DNA of 64,000 nt from Paraphysomonas bandaiensis (Eukaryota > Protista > Chrysophyceae). Each line of letters opens with the position of its first letter. Within the stretch, counting starts at the first letter, position 1. The notes beneath the pieces were generated by a model, which was given only the letters and a program-made list of their open reading frames with translations, did not search any database and was not told where the DNA came from. The translations under genes and the position numbers were made by a program. Positions 1 through 11,523 of this stretch are shown piece by piece. The stretch spans positions 310,001-374,000 of the forward strand of contig CBFFRP010000433.1 in NCBI GenBank assembly GCA_965644295.1, given 5' to 3'.

Positions 1-112
1 ACACTACACATAACTAATTAGAAGAATATTTAGCAAGAGCGGAACGAGAAAAATCCACAAATTGGCATATTTGGCCAACGTAACTACCACATCGTTAAAA
101 ACAATGGATTTT

Positions 113-1734
113 TTATTTCTTTTTCCCCTTTCCTTTCCCTTTTTTGCCTTTCTTGCCCTTCTTCCCAGAATCCTTGCGGAATATCTGCTCAAATAGAGGC
201 ATTGGAAGTGTCAGATCGACAAGAAACTCAGTAATTTTTGTGTTCTCTGGTCCCAGAGCAGGAATTAACACTGTAGCACCTTCTTCCCCTATATATATCT
301 GTTAATATCGACCACTGGCATGAAATATAGTGGGAATCTTTTCCATCTCACTACACAAGTCACGTAGACAACAGAAGAAGGAATGCAGCAATACCTATTC
401 TGTTCCACATGAGATCAACACTCGTTAAAGCAAGTGTGGGGTTCATTAAACAGTCTCTGAATCTCTCTAGCGCTTTCAAGTCATCCTCATCCTATAATAC
501 AGTGTAAAATATGAACTTTTCACAGGACTGTACATGACAACGCATATATTACACGCTGTATTACCACATCACCCTAATCAATACTATCAACATGTTTGTA
601 ACTTACATGCTCGATATTATTGTCTGCAAGCATTAGCTTCTCGCACTTTTCATTGACATATAGGCCTTTACATAGTTTGCCAAGACCGATACCGCCAAGT
701 TTATTACCGTTTAAATTAATCACCTCCAGGGCACTTCGTGCGTTCTCAAGTATATCAGAAATTGCATCTCCACCATTTTCGTCAATACCACAGTAACTAA
801 GGTGTATCTATGCGACAACACGTGTCATAAAAAAATCAGAAAACGGCGGTAGGCAATTACTTGTTTCAATGTACCATTGGTACGAAGTCCTTTGCAAAGT
901 TCAATAACACCTACAAAATTTACACACATATTTTAGTATGCGATTACTTTTTATATAAAGTCATATATATATTATCCCGAGCATCCCTGACGATATGATA
1001 CAAACGTACTTCGTACTCACCTTCAGTCCCAAGAGTGGAATTGTAGTCCAATTTCAGTGTAAGTAAGCTAAGGTTGTGTCTTCGTGACAATGCAGTGCCC
1101 AGTGCAAGCCCACCTCGTGGACCTATATTATTATCCAACAACTCTAAGTACTGAAGCTGTACATCAACACCTCCGAGACGTAGCACTTCAGCCTTCACGA
1201 CAAGTCAGATACACATTCGTACATGACAGTTATGACTTACAATAGATGCTGCCCCGTCATCAGCAATATTCGAACGCCAAATACGAATAGATTTTAACAA
1301 TTTATAAGGCCCTCCTTTCATGCCTTGTCCAGAACCCATGATAGCAGTCATTAATGCCCTCGTTCCCCCAGGTCCCAAGGGTCCAAAATCATCATCAATA
1401 ATAAGCTGCAAAGCAAACATTAAATTAATTATACATATATTTCATTATGATAATGATAATCCAATTGCAAACGATAATATTTACACGACGAGTTACATCT
1501 AGACACCTGTTCAATAGGAAAATTTTCCTCGTCATTCAGGCATTGGACAACCTTCCCATGTATCGGCATACCAATGAGTCTGATTATAGAACCATCACAA
1601 GGAACACTAAATTTAGATTTAATAACTCACTTGCAAAACTTCTGGTAGTTTTGCAGGAGCACTGCTGGGTCCTCTCCCTCGACTGCCTCACCTGGGCCTT
1701 TACTAGCCTTGTTATCCTTCTTTTTAGGGGGCAT
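113..1734 (-). CDS. Multi-exon ribonuclease-inhibitor-like (RNI/NLRC3-type) leucine-rich repeat protein with Lys/Gly-rich termini
   Basis: Manual splicing from ATG at 1734 gives MPPKKKDNK..., then LRR exons (LKSIRIWRSNIADDGAASI; LQYLELLDNNIGPRGGLALG; LLTLKLDYN; LEVINLNGNKLGGIG; LTSVDLMWNRIGEEGA) joined by GT-AG introns. Ends ...GKKGKKGKKGKGKGKKK* with TAA at 113-115. Confidence 0.8.
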
Positions 1735-2242
1735 GACTTATTCCTTGCACTATGCTGAGTACAGTACCTCAGACAGAGCTACACACTAGGTAACACTAAT
1801 ACCCCTTACTTAAAATAAACGTTTAAAAGGAGAAGAACGGCAGTACATAGAAGTTACATATGAGCCCAAACAGCAACGCAACTATCATATACAACAAATA
1901 CACTACTGTGTATGGAAGGTTTGAGCCATTTTTTTGTAACAGCTCTAAAGTTTCTACGTGGTCTTGTTTAACCCATTTCTAATACCTGAAAATCTGAAAA
2001 TACATAATTTTTACTACATTGAGTGTTCAAAATTACTGTTTTCTAGACATAGGAGAGTTAAATTTGCGTTTATTCCTCATAGTTGTGATTCCTCATGGCA
2101 TGGTACTGTACTGATGCAGTCAGGAGATGTTATACAGCAGTACACAAGTACAGCAGAGCAGTACAACAATGATATAGCTACCAAGCACCTCCAGGAACCC
2201 ATATAGATAAAGCCTTCCAGCCCCATTAACCAAACAACTCAT

Positions 2243-3992
2243 ATGGAGCTAATACACCAGGTCAATGACCTATTAGGAGAAGTCTTTGGAAACGTGGCTG
2301 GTCGTCATGTTAACTTCATCCGCTTCTTATCATCTATTGGATCCCATCAAAAACTAGCATTATTTATATTATTTTGTGTATATGCTAACGACCAGCTGTC
2401 AAGATATGTGATAAACTATCTATATGCAGAGCCTAGTAATGACTCTTATCACAGCATATCAATGGCTACGAATATATCATCTTTTGGGTATGGTAATGTT
2501 GTGGGGTTTGGATTTTCGCTTTCATTTGTGTTTTTTGGTGCATGGGTGGCAAGAATGATTAATCACCACAAGCCAAAGCACATGCTGTTGTTTGGGATGA
2601 TAACTTGGTGTGTTGGGACTCTCATGTTATCCCATGCTGTTGACTTTGGTCATTTAATGGGTTCTCGTATTATACTGGGTCTGGGGCAAGCTTTTTGTGC
2701 TCCTGCTGCGTATGCCTTGCTTGTCCACTACTTTCCTCAGGACGAATTCGCTCCCTTAGTGCGGTGTATTTTTGGTTATGGCTCATACGTTGGTATTGCG
2801 CTGAGCTCTCTGTCCTTATTGCTGCTGGAGGATTACGGCTGGAAATCCCTTGTGGAAATTATTTATATATCAGGGTTTGTTCTGGTCGTTCTCGTATATT
2901 TTGCCATTGATTCACCACCCAAACCCCCTCGTGCAAAGCTCAAGAAAGAAATTCGACCCGTATTATTAACACTGGAAGATGTATTTCTGGAAATCAGACG
3001 CAACAATGCGCTTATGGTACTGCTCTTTGCTGGATGCATCAGATTTATGGCTGAATATGTGCTCGTTAGTTTCTCACCATTATTTTTCCTAAACAAGTTT
3101 CCTGATCAGAAACTTTCATTTTGTATTTTGAATGCGCTGATAGTGGTATTTGTGGGCGGCATGTCTTCTTTACTGGGCAGTGCATCACCGGTTGTCCTTG
3201 CCCTTGACAAACCTGGGTGTGTACGCGGATCCTGTTCATTGTTAATCTTGTTAGTCATCTGTACACTGCTCGCTATTCCAGCATTATTGTTAATGCTTCT
3301 AATTCCATCTTTTTACGGGGCCATATTCGGGTTGTTTTTAGTTCATTTGCTAACTGAATGGTGGTTCCGCCCGTTTCTATTTATCTACCTCAGAGAGCTG
3401 TCACCGGAGGGTAGAAATATTGGTCTGGGATACCTAACTATGACTTCAACTCTCGCTGGATCTGTTGCTGCCAATGTGGTAGGGTATTTCATTGGACGCA
3501 AAGATGATAATCTTCATGGAAATGTTCATGTCCCACCGCGAAATGTGACAGTTACCATGGCATGGGCCACATGTGTGATATACTTTCTATCAGCTCTTCT
3601 GTTTACGGTAAGTGGACATTTTTGTTTACACCTATTTTTAGTACTGCCGGTAATGGAGTTAATCGTATATATACATTGCTCTATATACTGTGTATTTCAT
3701 ATTTTAGTATTTCCACTGCTACATTCAAACCTTTAGTTCCTGTGTGCCTTAAGAACTATTATTTTAGATTGTATACATCATGCTTGTGCAAGATGAGGAG
3801 AAGCTAGAGAAGAGGATTTTACAGCAGTCTGGCATGGATGAATCAGACGAAGAGGAGGGCGAGCACTCGCGCTTGTTATCAAGTAACACAGGAGATGACA
3901 TTGGCGATGATGAAGATGAGGGTAATAGGTGTAACAACGAATATACAGAAGATGAAGAGCTGTCAACTATGGAGTTGGAGGAAACAGTGTAA
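2243..3992 (+). CDS. Major facilitator superfamily transporter (spinster-like, about 12 TM) with acidic C-terminal tail
   Basis: Long hydrophobic ORF with MFS motifs (SRIILGLGQAFCAPAAYALLVHYFP; YGWK). Phase-0 intron 3608-3767 (GTAAGT...TTTTAG) joins LFT to IVYIMLVQDEEK of the 3780-3992 ORF. Confidence 0.85.
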
Positions 3993-4195
3993 TTTATTTC
4001 TAGTTAGCCATTAATTATTGTAATTCAGTATACAAGTTCGTCATTCAGTACCGAATATCTATGTTCACTCTATTTCCCGAAAGATGTACCTCGATATAGT
4101 TATTACCAACATATCAATACATAATAGCTAAGCTATATATTAACATCACAGCATTAATATAAAAAAGATTGGGTCATCTATAGAGAAAATACTAC

Positions 4196-5504
4196 TTATC
4201 GTGCATCATAACTCACCGAGAGTATATCAACAAGGTAGTCGTAGTCAGGAGTGCTAGTAAAATTTAATGATTCCATATGCTCAAAATACAAACGTAGATA
4301 TTCTGGAAGCAGCTCCTTATATTTAGGCGCATTTAGAATATTATATGAAATAGTTTCCATATAAGCAGAAAGTTGTGGTTTCTTTTCGATTCGAATCCAA
4401 GGTAAAGGTGGACTGTAGGAAGATCTATCAGGCGCACAGTTAAGAAAATAAGTATCAAAACAATTAGAATATGCCGAAGAGAGCATAATGAGAATGTATC
4501 CCAAGGATATCATATCGTCCCTTCGAGAACATCGTTTCCTTTTGTGGAAACATGGAGGAGAGTATCTATGTATAGGAACCCGGTATGGCACCGAGACTAG
4601 AGGTTTATGCGATAAAGATCCGTGCACATAACTGCGATATCTAGAGCATGAGTTGAAATCAATGAGATTCACCTGTAACCAAAATGTTAGAAATATACTT
4701 AGAGAAGGTCACAATTAATCCCACGCGGCAAGTCATATAGCACAGTACTCACTACACTGCTTCATCAATAACGTTTCCTACTACCTGATATGTGCCATTG
4801 CGAACAGCAAAGGCAATATTCCCCATATGAATATCATTATGGGTGTATGACTTGGCATGTAGCTGCTGTAGGTCCTTGATGGTACAAACACCAATAGCAT
4901 GAACATCTCGAACACTCCATGAACGATTTAACTTCTGGTGATAGCTGATTGATTTCCCCACCCGCTGCAACACCATGGCTTGAAAACTTTTATATCTACC
5001 ATACCAGTACTCCTTCACAAGATGTGTGCGATTGAGTCGACGATACATGTTGTGCTCTTTATGGAGCCTCTGGAGCTTTAACACGCTTTGGGGTATGCCA
5101 CTCAGATGTTTCGATGGGTCAATTATATTGGGCTTGATTGGCTTCCCGTTGTCGTCATCACGCTCAATGCTACTCATTTGATTAACCAAAGGAGTGAGTT
5201 TGATTACTACTTCTTCATTGGTATTGATATCGTATCCACTGTATACTGCAGACACGTATCCTTCGCCCAATAGTGCACCCATTTTATATAGAGGTGGACT
5301 TCCAACTAACTCTGAATGAGAAGATTCATACTGATAAATACCTGTATCTTTCATAGTAGATACAGTGTGTGGTTTATCAGTCAATTGGGAGGAGATGAGA
5401 GTCTGTATGGTGTACTGTACTAACAAGCACACTAAGACAGTGATAGCCACTGACAGTAGCAATACAGTATATTTGACTCTATATCCATGATGCAAAACTA
5501 TCAT
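4196..5504 (-). CDS. Divergent casein kinase 1-family protein kinase with N-terminal hydrophobic anchor
   Basis: LGEGYVSAVY glycine loop, VVIK, AMVLQRVGKS, HNDIHMGN, LIDFN, CK1 signature SRRDD, and F..TPDYDYL tail. Intron 4673-4784 joins NGTYQ to VNLIDFN. Start codon uncertain. Confidence 0.75.
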
Positions 5505-5920
5505 AATAAGAAGTGTGAGAGGTATGATTGCATGGAATGGTTATATAGCTATGGAATGGAGGTGATGACACGAGGATAGGATGGAGTGAGATAGATATGC
5601 ATCAACAACAGTACAGCAGTGGTTGTACTACCGTACGGTGTACTATTGGATTGTACCAGAGTACAGAACTCTGCTGCATGAATCATGTATAGTATGTACA
5701 TTTCTACGAACTGACTGATGTACTCTGTATGTGTATCTTCCCACAGTGTACCAGTACGATGTATCTGTATCTTCTTCCCACAGCAGTTTGCATGGTATGG
5801 TGAAGCAGTGTGAGGATGTCTGTGTATGTCTATATATGTATATGTAACCTAACTCATATAACCATAACCATAACCATACAACTATTATAACTATTAACAT
5901 CATTCATACTTAATATTAAA

Positions 5921-7093
5921 ATGAGTGTTGTCATACAGGAACTAATGATATACCCTATCAAAGCATGTCGTGGTGTTCGTGTGCAGAAGGCTCTCGTAAC
6001 CCAGCACGGTACCTTTCAACATGACAGAGAGTGGTGTATTGTTGACTCCTCTGGAAATAGATATCCTAAAATGCAAAGCTTATCACAGAGAAATTGTCCT
6101 GTGCTTGCATCAATTACTGTACAACTAGATGAGGATAATCTTACTCTAGAGGCCCCTGGTATGACCCCGTTGATAGTCAATCTAACGACCTCACGATCTA
6201 ATTCCTCTTTGGTACATATCGAGTGCGGCGGAGCGAGCACTACTAGTGCTGGTTCATGGCATCTCGGCGTTCTTGATGGCTTTGATGAAGGACAGGAAGC
6301 GGCTGATTGGCTAACGACTTACCTGAATAAAGCGGATACTAGCAAATCTAAAAAACCTATTGCACGGTACATGTTGGTGCGCGCTTCTAATACACGTTCT
6401 CTTGCACGATATGCGGGTCCCAATCAAGTACCTTACAATCCCGATATGAGTGCCCAACGCCTCGGTGAAGGCTCCCCTTTCCGCATGCAAGCAGTGCCCG
6501 TTGCTCCTCACGATGGCTTTTTATTTCACGATGTGGCACCGCTGCATGTTACTTCGATGGCATCATTCCGGGACCTACAATCCAAGATGACTTTATTGGA
6601 TCCAGCACCGAATAAAAGCGAGCTTGAAGCTTTTGATATTGAACACTTTAGGCCTAACGTGGTGGTAGGTGGGCCTCACCTGACCCCTTGGGAAGAAGAA
6701 AAGTGGAGTTCATTCCAGCTTGGACGAGAGACTTTTCGGCCCTTAAAAGGTTGCCCTCGCTGCACTGTACCTGCTAGAAACCCGCAGAATGGTCTTTTCT
6801 TGTTCGAATCTAAGCCACTTTTAGCTCCTCAAATGGCTCTCAGAAAGTTCTGGCCCGATAAATGCATAGATAAAGAGTGGGAGGAGGAGTGGCAAGGACC
6901 TATGTTCGGTATCTTTGTTGGTCACAATATCCCTGAAGACCAATTAAGTCGTCAGTGCATCTTAAATGTAGGTGATGAGGTAAAGGTTTTAAAGTACAAG
7001 GGGCAGTCGCCATGGTTGATGTTGATTCGTTGGATTATATTCGCTGGACTAGTGATAACTTTCATGGTCGTGGTATATGTATATTGTATATAG
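5921..7093 (+). CDS. MOSC-domain molybdenum-cofactor protein (mARC-like) with C-terminal TM segment
   Basis: Intronless 390 aa. MOSC_N motifs IYPIKAC and HDREW; MOSC motifs FHDVAPLHV, FRPNVVV, WEEEKW, GCPRC, FGI, LNVGDEV; hydrophobic C-terminal tail. Confidence 0.9.
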   Translation: MSVVIQELMIYPIKACRGVRVQKALVTQHGTFQHDREWCIVDSSGNRYPKMQSLSQRNCPVLASITVQLDEDNLTLEAPGMTPLIVNLTTSRSNSSLVHIECGGASTTSAGSWHLGVLDGFDEGQEAADWLTTYLNKADTSKSKKPIARYMLVRASNTRSLARYAGPNQVPYNPDMSAQRLGEGSPFRMQAVPVAPHDGFLFHDVAPLHVTSMASFRDLQSKMTLLDPAPNKSELEAFDIEHFRPNVVVGGPHLTPWEEEKWSSFQLGRETFRPLKGCPRCTVPARNPQNGLFLFESKPLLAPQMALRKFWPDKCIDKEWEEEWQGPMFGIFVGHNIPEDQLSRQCILNVGDEVKVLKYKGQSPWLMLIRWIIFAGLVITFMVVVYVYCI

Positions 7094-7595
7094 AAGAAAG
7101 TACTGTATAAGTATGATGGGAAGTTCGTTAAAGGTGATCCACCAATTATATTTATTAATTTTAGATACAGCGGGGTATGCCGTCGTGTTTGTACATGTTC
7201 ATGATATCCTTTCAATTGTTACATTGCACTTGCACGTATGGCATTGATATAATCATTTATACTATATATATTATATATCCATAAAATATGGTGAAGTTTA
7301 AAGCTATGTGTGACTGCTTCACCTGGCTGAGGACAGGAGCTCTATTATTTATAATTTCTACCATTGTATGTACTTCGTCATGCATAGTGGTACATAATAC
7401 ATAATGCATAGTCATTAGTGGGCCTCAGGAGTAGTACCTGTAGATCCGTAGATACCCAGTAGCAACTGTCTTATATTAGCGAAAGACATTTAAGAGTCAG
7501 ATCTAATGTAGCAAAGCAATTTCACTAACACTTTCTTAACCTGATATCCTACTATTTAACGCTACAAAAGACAAAAGCTGCTTGTGTGTCACCGC

Positions 7596-8049
7596 CAGGG
7601 CTGCGTAACGATTGAATTGCACAGCATCAGTGCCCATACATTCAACGCCTCATCCCACCACTCTATCCAACTCACAGCCCACCCACCTAGAACTCGGTAC
7701 ACTCAGGGGCTTAATACAAAGCCCTGAGCCCCCTCCTAACCCAGTGGAGTCTCATCCCAAGGGGAGACCTCCAGATCACACGCGCCGGTGAGTCCCAGGA
7801 CACACGAGCATGGCGAGCCGTATAACACGCACTAAGAACGGAAGTGGTTGCACGACCTTGGTGCTTGCGGCGACGCACAAGCAGCTTCTGTAGCGTTAAA
7901 TAGTAGGATAAAAGAGTTTGTATTGATTAGTTAAGGGTAGAGGTCTAAATAGTATGTCTAGTATTCTTCTAGCCACTAGTTAGCTAATTAGTGCAGGTTT
8001 TCAACGCCTATTGCTAAATACTAAGACATTCAATATATACGCAGCCCTG
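7596..8049. mobile_element. hAT-type MITE (454 bp) with 12-bp TIRs and 8-bp target-site duplication
   Basis: TIR CAGGGCTGCGTA (7596-7607) / TACGCAGCCCTG (8038-8049). Perfect TSD GTCACCGC at 7588-7595 and 8050-8057. An 8-bp TSD with CAGGG ends is characteristic of hAT. Confidence 0.9.
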
Positions 8050-8114
8050 GTCACCGCAAGCGCCAAGGTGCAACCACTGTCGCTCTTGTAGACACCTAAT
8101 AGCTTAATAGGTAT

Positions 8115-8250
8115 CAGGGCTGCGAAACAATGAATTGCAATTAAATTGAAAATGTTTTTGAGCGACTAAATTGCGATTATCAGTTATAGCTCTCGCAATT
8201 ATAGTTGCAATTTAATTGCCAATTACCAGTTATTGTCAAATTGAATTAGC
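8115..8250. mobile_element. Second, one-ended copy of the same hAT MITE terminus with subterminal TTGCAATT-like repeats
   Basis: CAGGGCTGCGAAACAATGAATTGCA at 8115 resembles CAGGGCTGCGTAACGATTGAATTGCA at 7596. No matching right TIR found. Confidence 0.6.
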
Positions 8251-9344
8251 TACTACAAGCACTAATAGTACCATTCCAAAGATGTCCATTAATGCGCAAG
8301 AACATGAGGTTCCATGCCATAGGTATATAGGTAGGCATATGATGTCCCTGTAGGTAGGTCGCAGTACTGATAGGTACATAATACGGTCCGCAGATGTTCG
8401 ACGTTCTACCTGCTGGTCATCGCGTCGTACTACAATAGTATTTCCCTTTCATCTATTCGAATTTCCCTCTCAACAAAGTCGGGCTCGCACTTCTTCGTGG
8501 TATATATCCCCGGGAAACTAACGTGAGTCGAATACATAGTCAGCAAATATTGTTCTACCCACTCAGAGCTGAATGCTTGTGTGCTACAAGGGATACTAAT
8601 TAGTGTCACTTGTGTAGACGTCTGTTGGCCTTTATGAATAAACAGACATCCGGGAATGGACCCACCTCAAGGGTAACCGGGATATTGGGTTGCCTGCAAA
8701 TATTCGGGATGAATTCACCTTAAGGACTCAAAAATTGTGAAGTCAGCAGGTATCAGGTATACCAACATTCTGCTTGCTCACTGCGTTTCTCTGAATGATA
8801 GAGCGAAAGTGGTTGCACCTTGGTGCTTGCGGTGACACACGAGCAGCTTTCGTAGCGTTAAAAAGTTGGATATCAGAGTTAAGCACTAGTTAGTTACAGG
8901 TAGCAGTCTATCTAGCATGACTAGTCTTCATCTAGCTACTTATCTAGTGCAGATTCTTGACACTTATTGCTAATAATAAGACATTCACTACTGTCTACAC
9001 AGATACGGAGTATGATCGGACCCAGCGGTATGCTATTCACTACAATTTGGATTCGGAATTGCTATTGTAATGATGCAGCACTTTCAAACGCCACGATGTT
9101 AACTGTCGACGCCCTCAACATATCTTCCATCCCATTAATATTTCGGTTTATGCATATCGTTCTTATATTATGTCATAGTGCACATCAGATAAACCTACAA
9201 CCCACAAGCACACGAAAAATACTGCAACAATCACTGTGTTGCCTTCTCTCGCTTTGGATAACTTCATAAATGTAATCATACAAAAATAACACTACATAGT
9301 ACCCAACTGAGCAACCAGCTAAGTACATGGTAACTTGATTTATA

Positions 9345-11016
9345 TCACGCTGACGGTTGATACTCGTCCACTTTCTGAAGTAGTGTCTTCGAGTAGTTCG
9401 GGCTGTAATATTCAACAACTTCCGGGGGATAGCAGTTATTGATGAGAACGATGTACTCTGATAACTTTCCGCCAACAGTCTCGTTAAGTTCTTGTAAAAA
9501 CTGTAGGCCTCCACTCTATACACAAATCTCATCATTACAAGCTGTTATAAGAAGTAAAACAGCAAGAGCTAACCTGGACAAACGACCGTCTGGCCTCCAC
9601 ATCATGGGGCAATAGCTGGGAAAACTGGCGCAACACATACTTTTGGACCTTGACTGGCGAATCTCTGAGCAGAGGCTGGAGAGCCTGAAGGTGTGTGCAT
9701 TTAGAGAGAATTGCCTTGAGGGCCCTTTTGGCCTTGGTTTTGAGGTCTTCTGATGATTCTTCATGCACCATACAAGCAAGTAGGTGACGCAGTACATCTC
9801 CTTCCGCCATGGCGCGTGCATGGTCTGGTGTGTGTCTGCCTATTTGACCAAGAGTCCAAGCACATGCAGCCTTAATATGATCTTCAGGTTCTGAAACTAG
9901 AGCATCTTTAAGGGGAGCAATCCCTTTAGAAACAATTGTAGCCAACGCAAGAGTTTCAGAGAAAGCGGAGATATATCCCAGAGCCATAATACCAGGAAGT
10001 TTATTGTTACCCTGTGATTCACTGACGTAGTCGACCAGTGCGGCAGCACCACCAGAATTAACGATAAGTTTCGCTAATTCTGGTGTGTGCTTTGCTACCT
10101 CACGAACACACATTGCGGCATTCTTTCGCACCATAACGTCGCTATCTTTGAGACAATTGAGAATATTGGGGAAAATTTCTGCTTCGACTACAACTTCAGC
10201 CAAATCCACTGAATGTTTCGAAATATGAGATAGAGCACCGCAGACTTGGCGCTTTAATTTAGCGTCAGGGTGGAGGATAAGAGGGGCAAGATAAGCAACT
10301 GCACCAGCATCCACGACCGCCTGAGCTAATTCCGGAGAGTGCTTACAGATATCGCTCATGGCGGAGGCAGCAATTCGCTTCAGGGTGATTTCAGGCTCTT
10401 GGATGCAGAGCACCATGAGAGGAACTGCCCCAGCATCCACAACATGCTGAGCCAGGTCTGGCGTGTGCTGGGCAATATACCCGATTGCCCAAGCAGCAGC
10501 CTCCTTGACAGTGGGATCAAATTCTTCGAGGCAAGGGACTAACGTTTCAAGAGCATTAGAATCGACGACAGCCTGGGCTAAGTCTGGAGAATGCTTGGCG
10601 ACAGCGCGCAACACAAACGCCGCCGCTTTTTTATAAAATCGCTACAAAAATACATTATAAAAGAATAATGATAACAACTTGAATCGCACATTTTGGTCTG
10701 ACAGCGAATACACAAGCTGCGGGAGGATCTCATTTCCTACTACACCCTCAGCTAAATCTTCGCTATAATTCGCTAAACGACCAAGAGCTAGAGCAGCCGT
10801 CTGCTGAATACTGGGAACCTAAATAAATATGAAAAAAATGGCCATCATTCAAAACTTATTGTGTACATTATCAAGTAAGAGAGGCCGAAGAAGCTGCATA
10901 ACTCCGGCATTATTCATTACTTCAATATTCTGAGGCCTGGTGGCTGCTTCTGCAACTGCTTGCACGAACTTGACGCGTGCACGCTGATACTCTTCAAAGT
11001 GTTGAAGAACTGACAT
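9345..11016 (-). CDS. SPAG6: Sperm-associated antigen 6 / PF16, armadillo-repeat protein of the flagellar central pair
   Basis: Four exons: MSVLQHFEEYQRARVKFVQAVAEAATRPQNIE...LRPLLLDN | VPSIQQTAALALGRLANYSEDLA...DQN | RFYKKAAAFVLRAVAKHSP...RRSFVQ | SGGLQFLQE...NNCYPPEVVEYYSPNYSKTLL...*. Closely matches the SPAG6/PF16 consensus. Confidence 0.97.
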
Positions 11017-11523
11017 TGTTAGCTATGCAACAGTGGCAATATAAACTAAAGCTACTGATATGGACAAGCTATTCAACGAGAAACTTGAAACATCATCATA
11101 GCAGCATAGGCATGTATCTCCATAACAAAAAAGTAACCGCTCTTCATGTTTTCGTGCCTTCACTGTACCGTATCTTGGACAGGCAAAACTTTCAGTTTTA
11201 GTGTATACAGTGATATAACATAATACCATTTGGACGGAGAGGAGTATATATAGCATATCAAGCATATCTAGAAATTCCTATAAAAACTAAAAAACATAGC
11301 CTTTTAGAAATAAATACCATTTTTTTCAAGACAAAAATTCGATATTCGAAAAAAGTGGATTTTGCTGTCCTATATATCTAGATATCCGGATATCACAGTC
11401 AGAATATGCATGTATGTATCTCGTATGTCCGAATGATCTCACAGTCATTCTCCATATGATCTCATTCTATTGATAGTATCATATACATATACACAAAGAT
11501 CTCAATAGATTCATATAAACCTT

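Larger units (their letters stand above)
7467..8988. mobile_element. Non-autonomous DNA transposon with long (about 200 bp) terminal inverted repeats, copy A, interrupted by nested insertions
   Basis: Left arm (7467-7595 plus 8050-8085) is the reverse complement of the right arm (about 8720-8988). Arms and internal segment (about 8480-8655) align by eye with 50457-51207. Confidence 0.8.

Noticed and set aside
3608-3736. C-terminal 42 aa of the 497-aa MFS ORF as given in the ORF track
   Set aside because: Read-through into an intron (GTAAGT at 3608); the true C-terminus is the 3768-3992 exon.
7780-7810. CCGGTGAGTCCCAGGAC resembling a hammerhead ribozyme core with stem II
   Set aside because: The core CTGATGA is mutated at two positions and the GAAA box is absent, so it cannot be supported as a ribozyme.
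11018-11031. GTTAGCTATGCAAC, an X-box-like palindrome just upstream of PF16
   Set aside because: Poor fit to the consensus, directly adjacent to the ATG, and RFX factors are not expected in stramenopiles.
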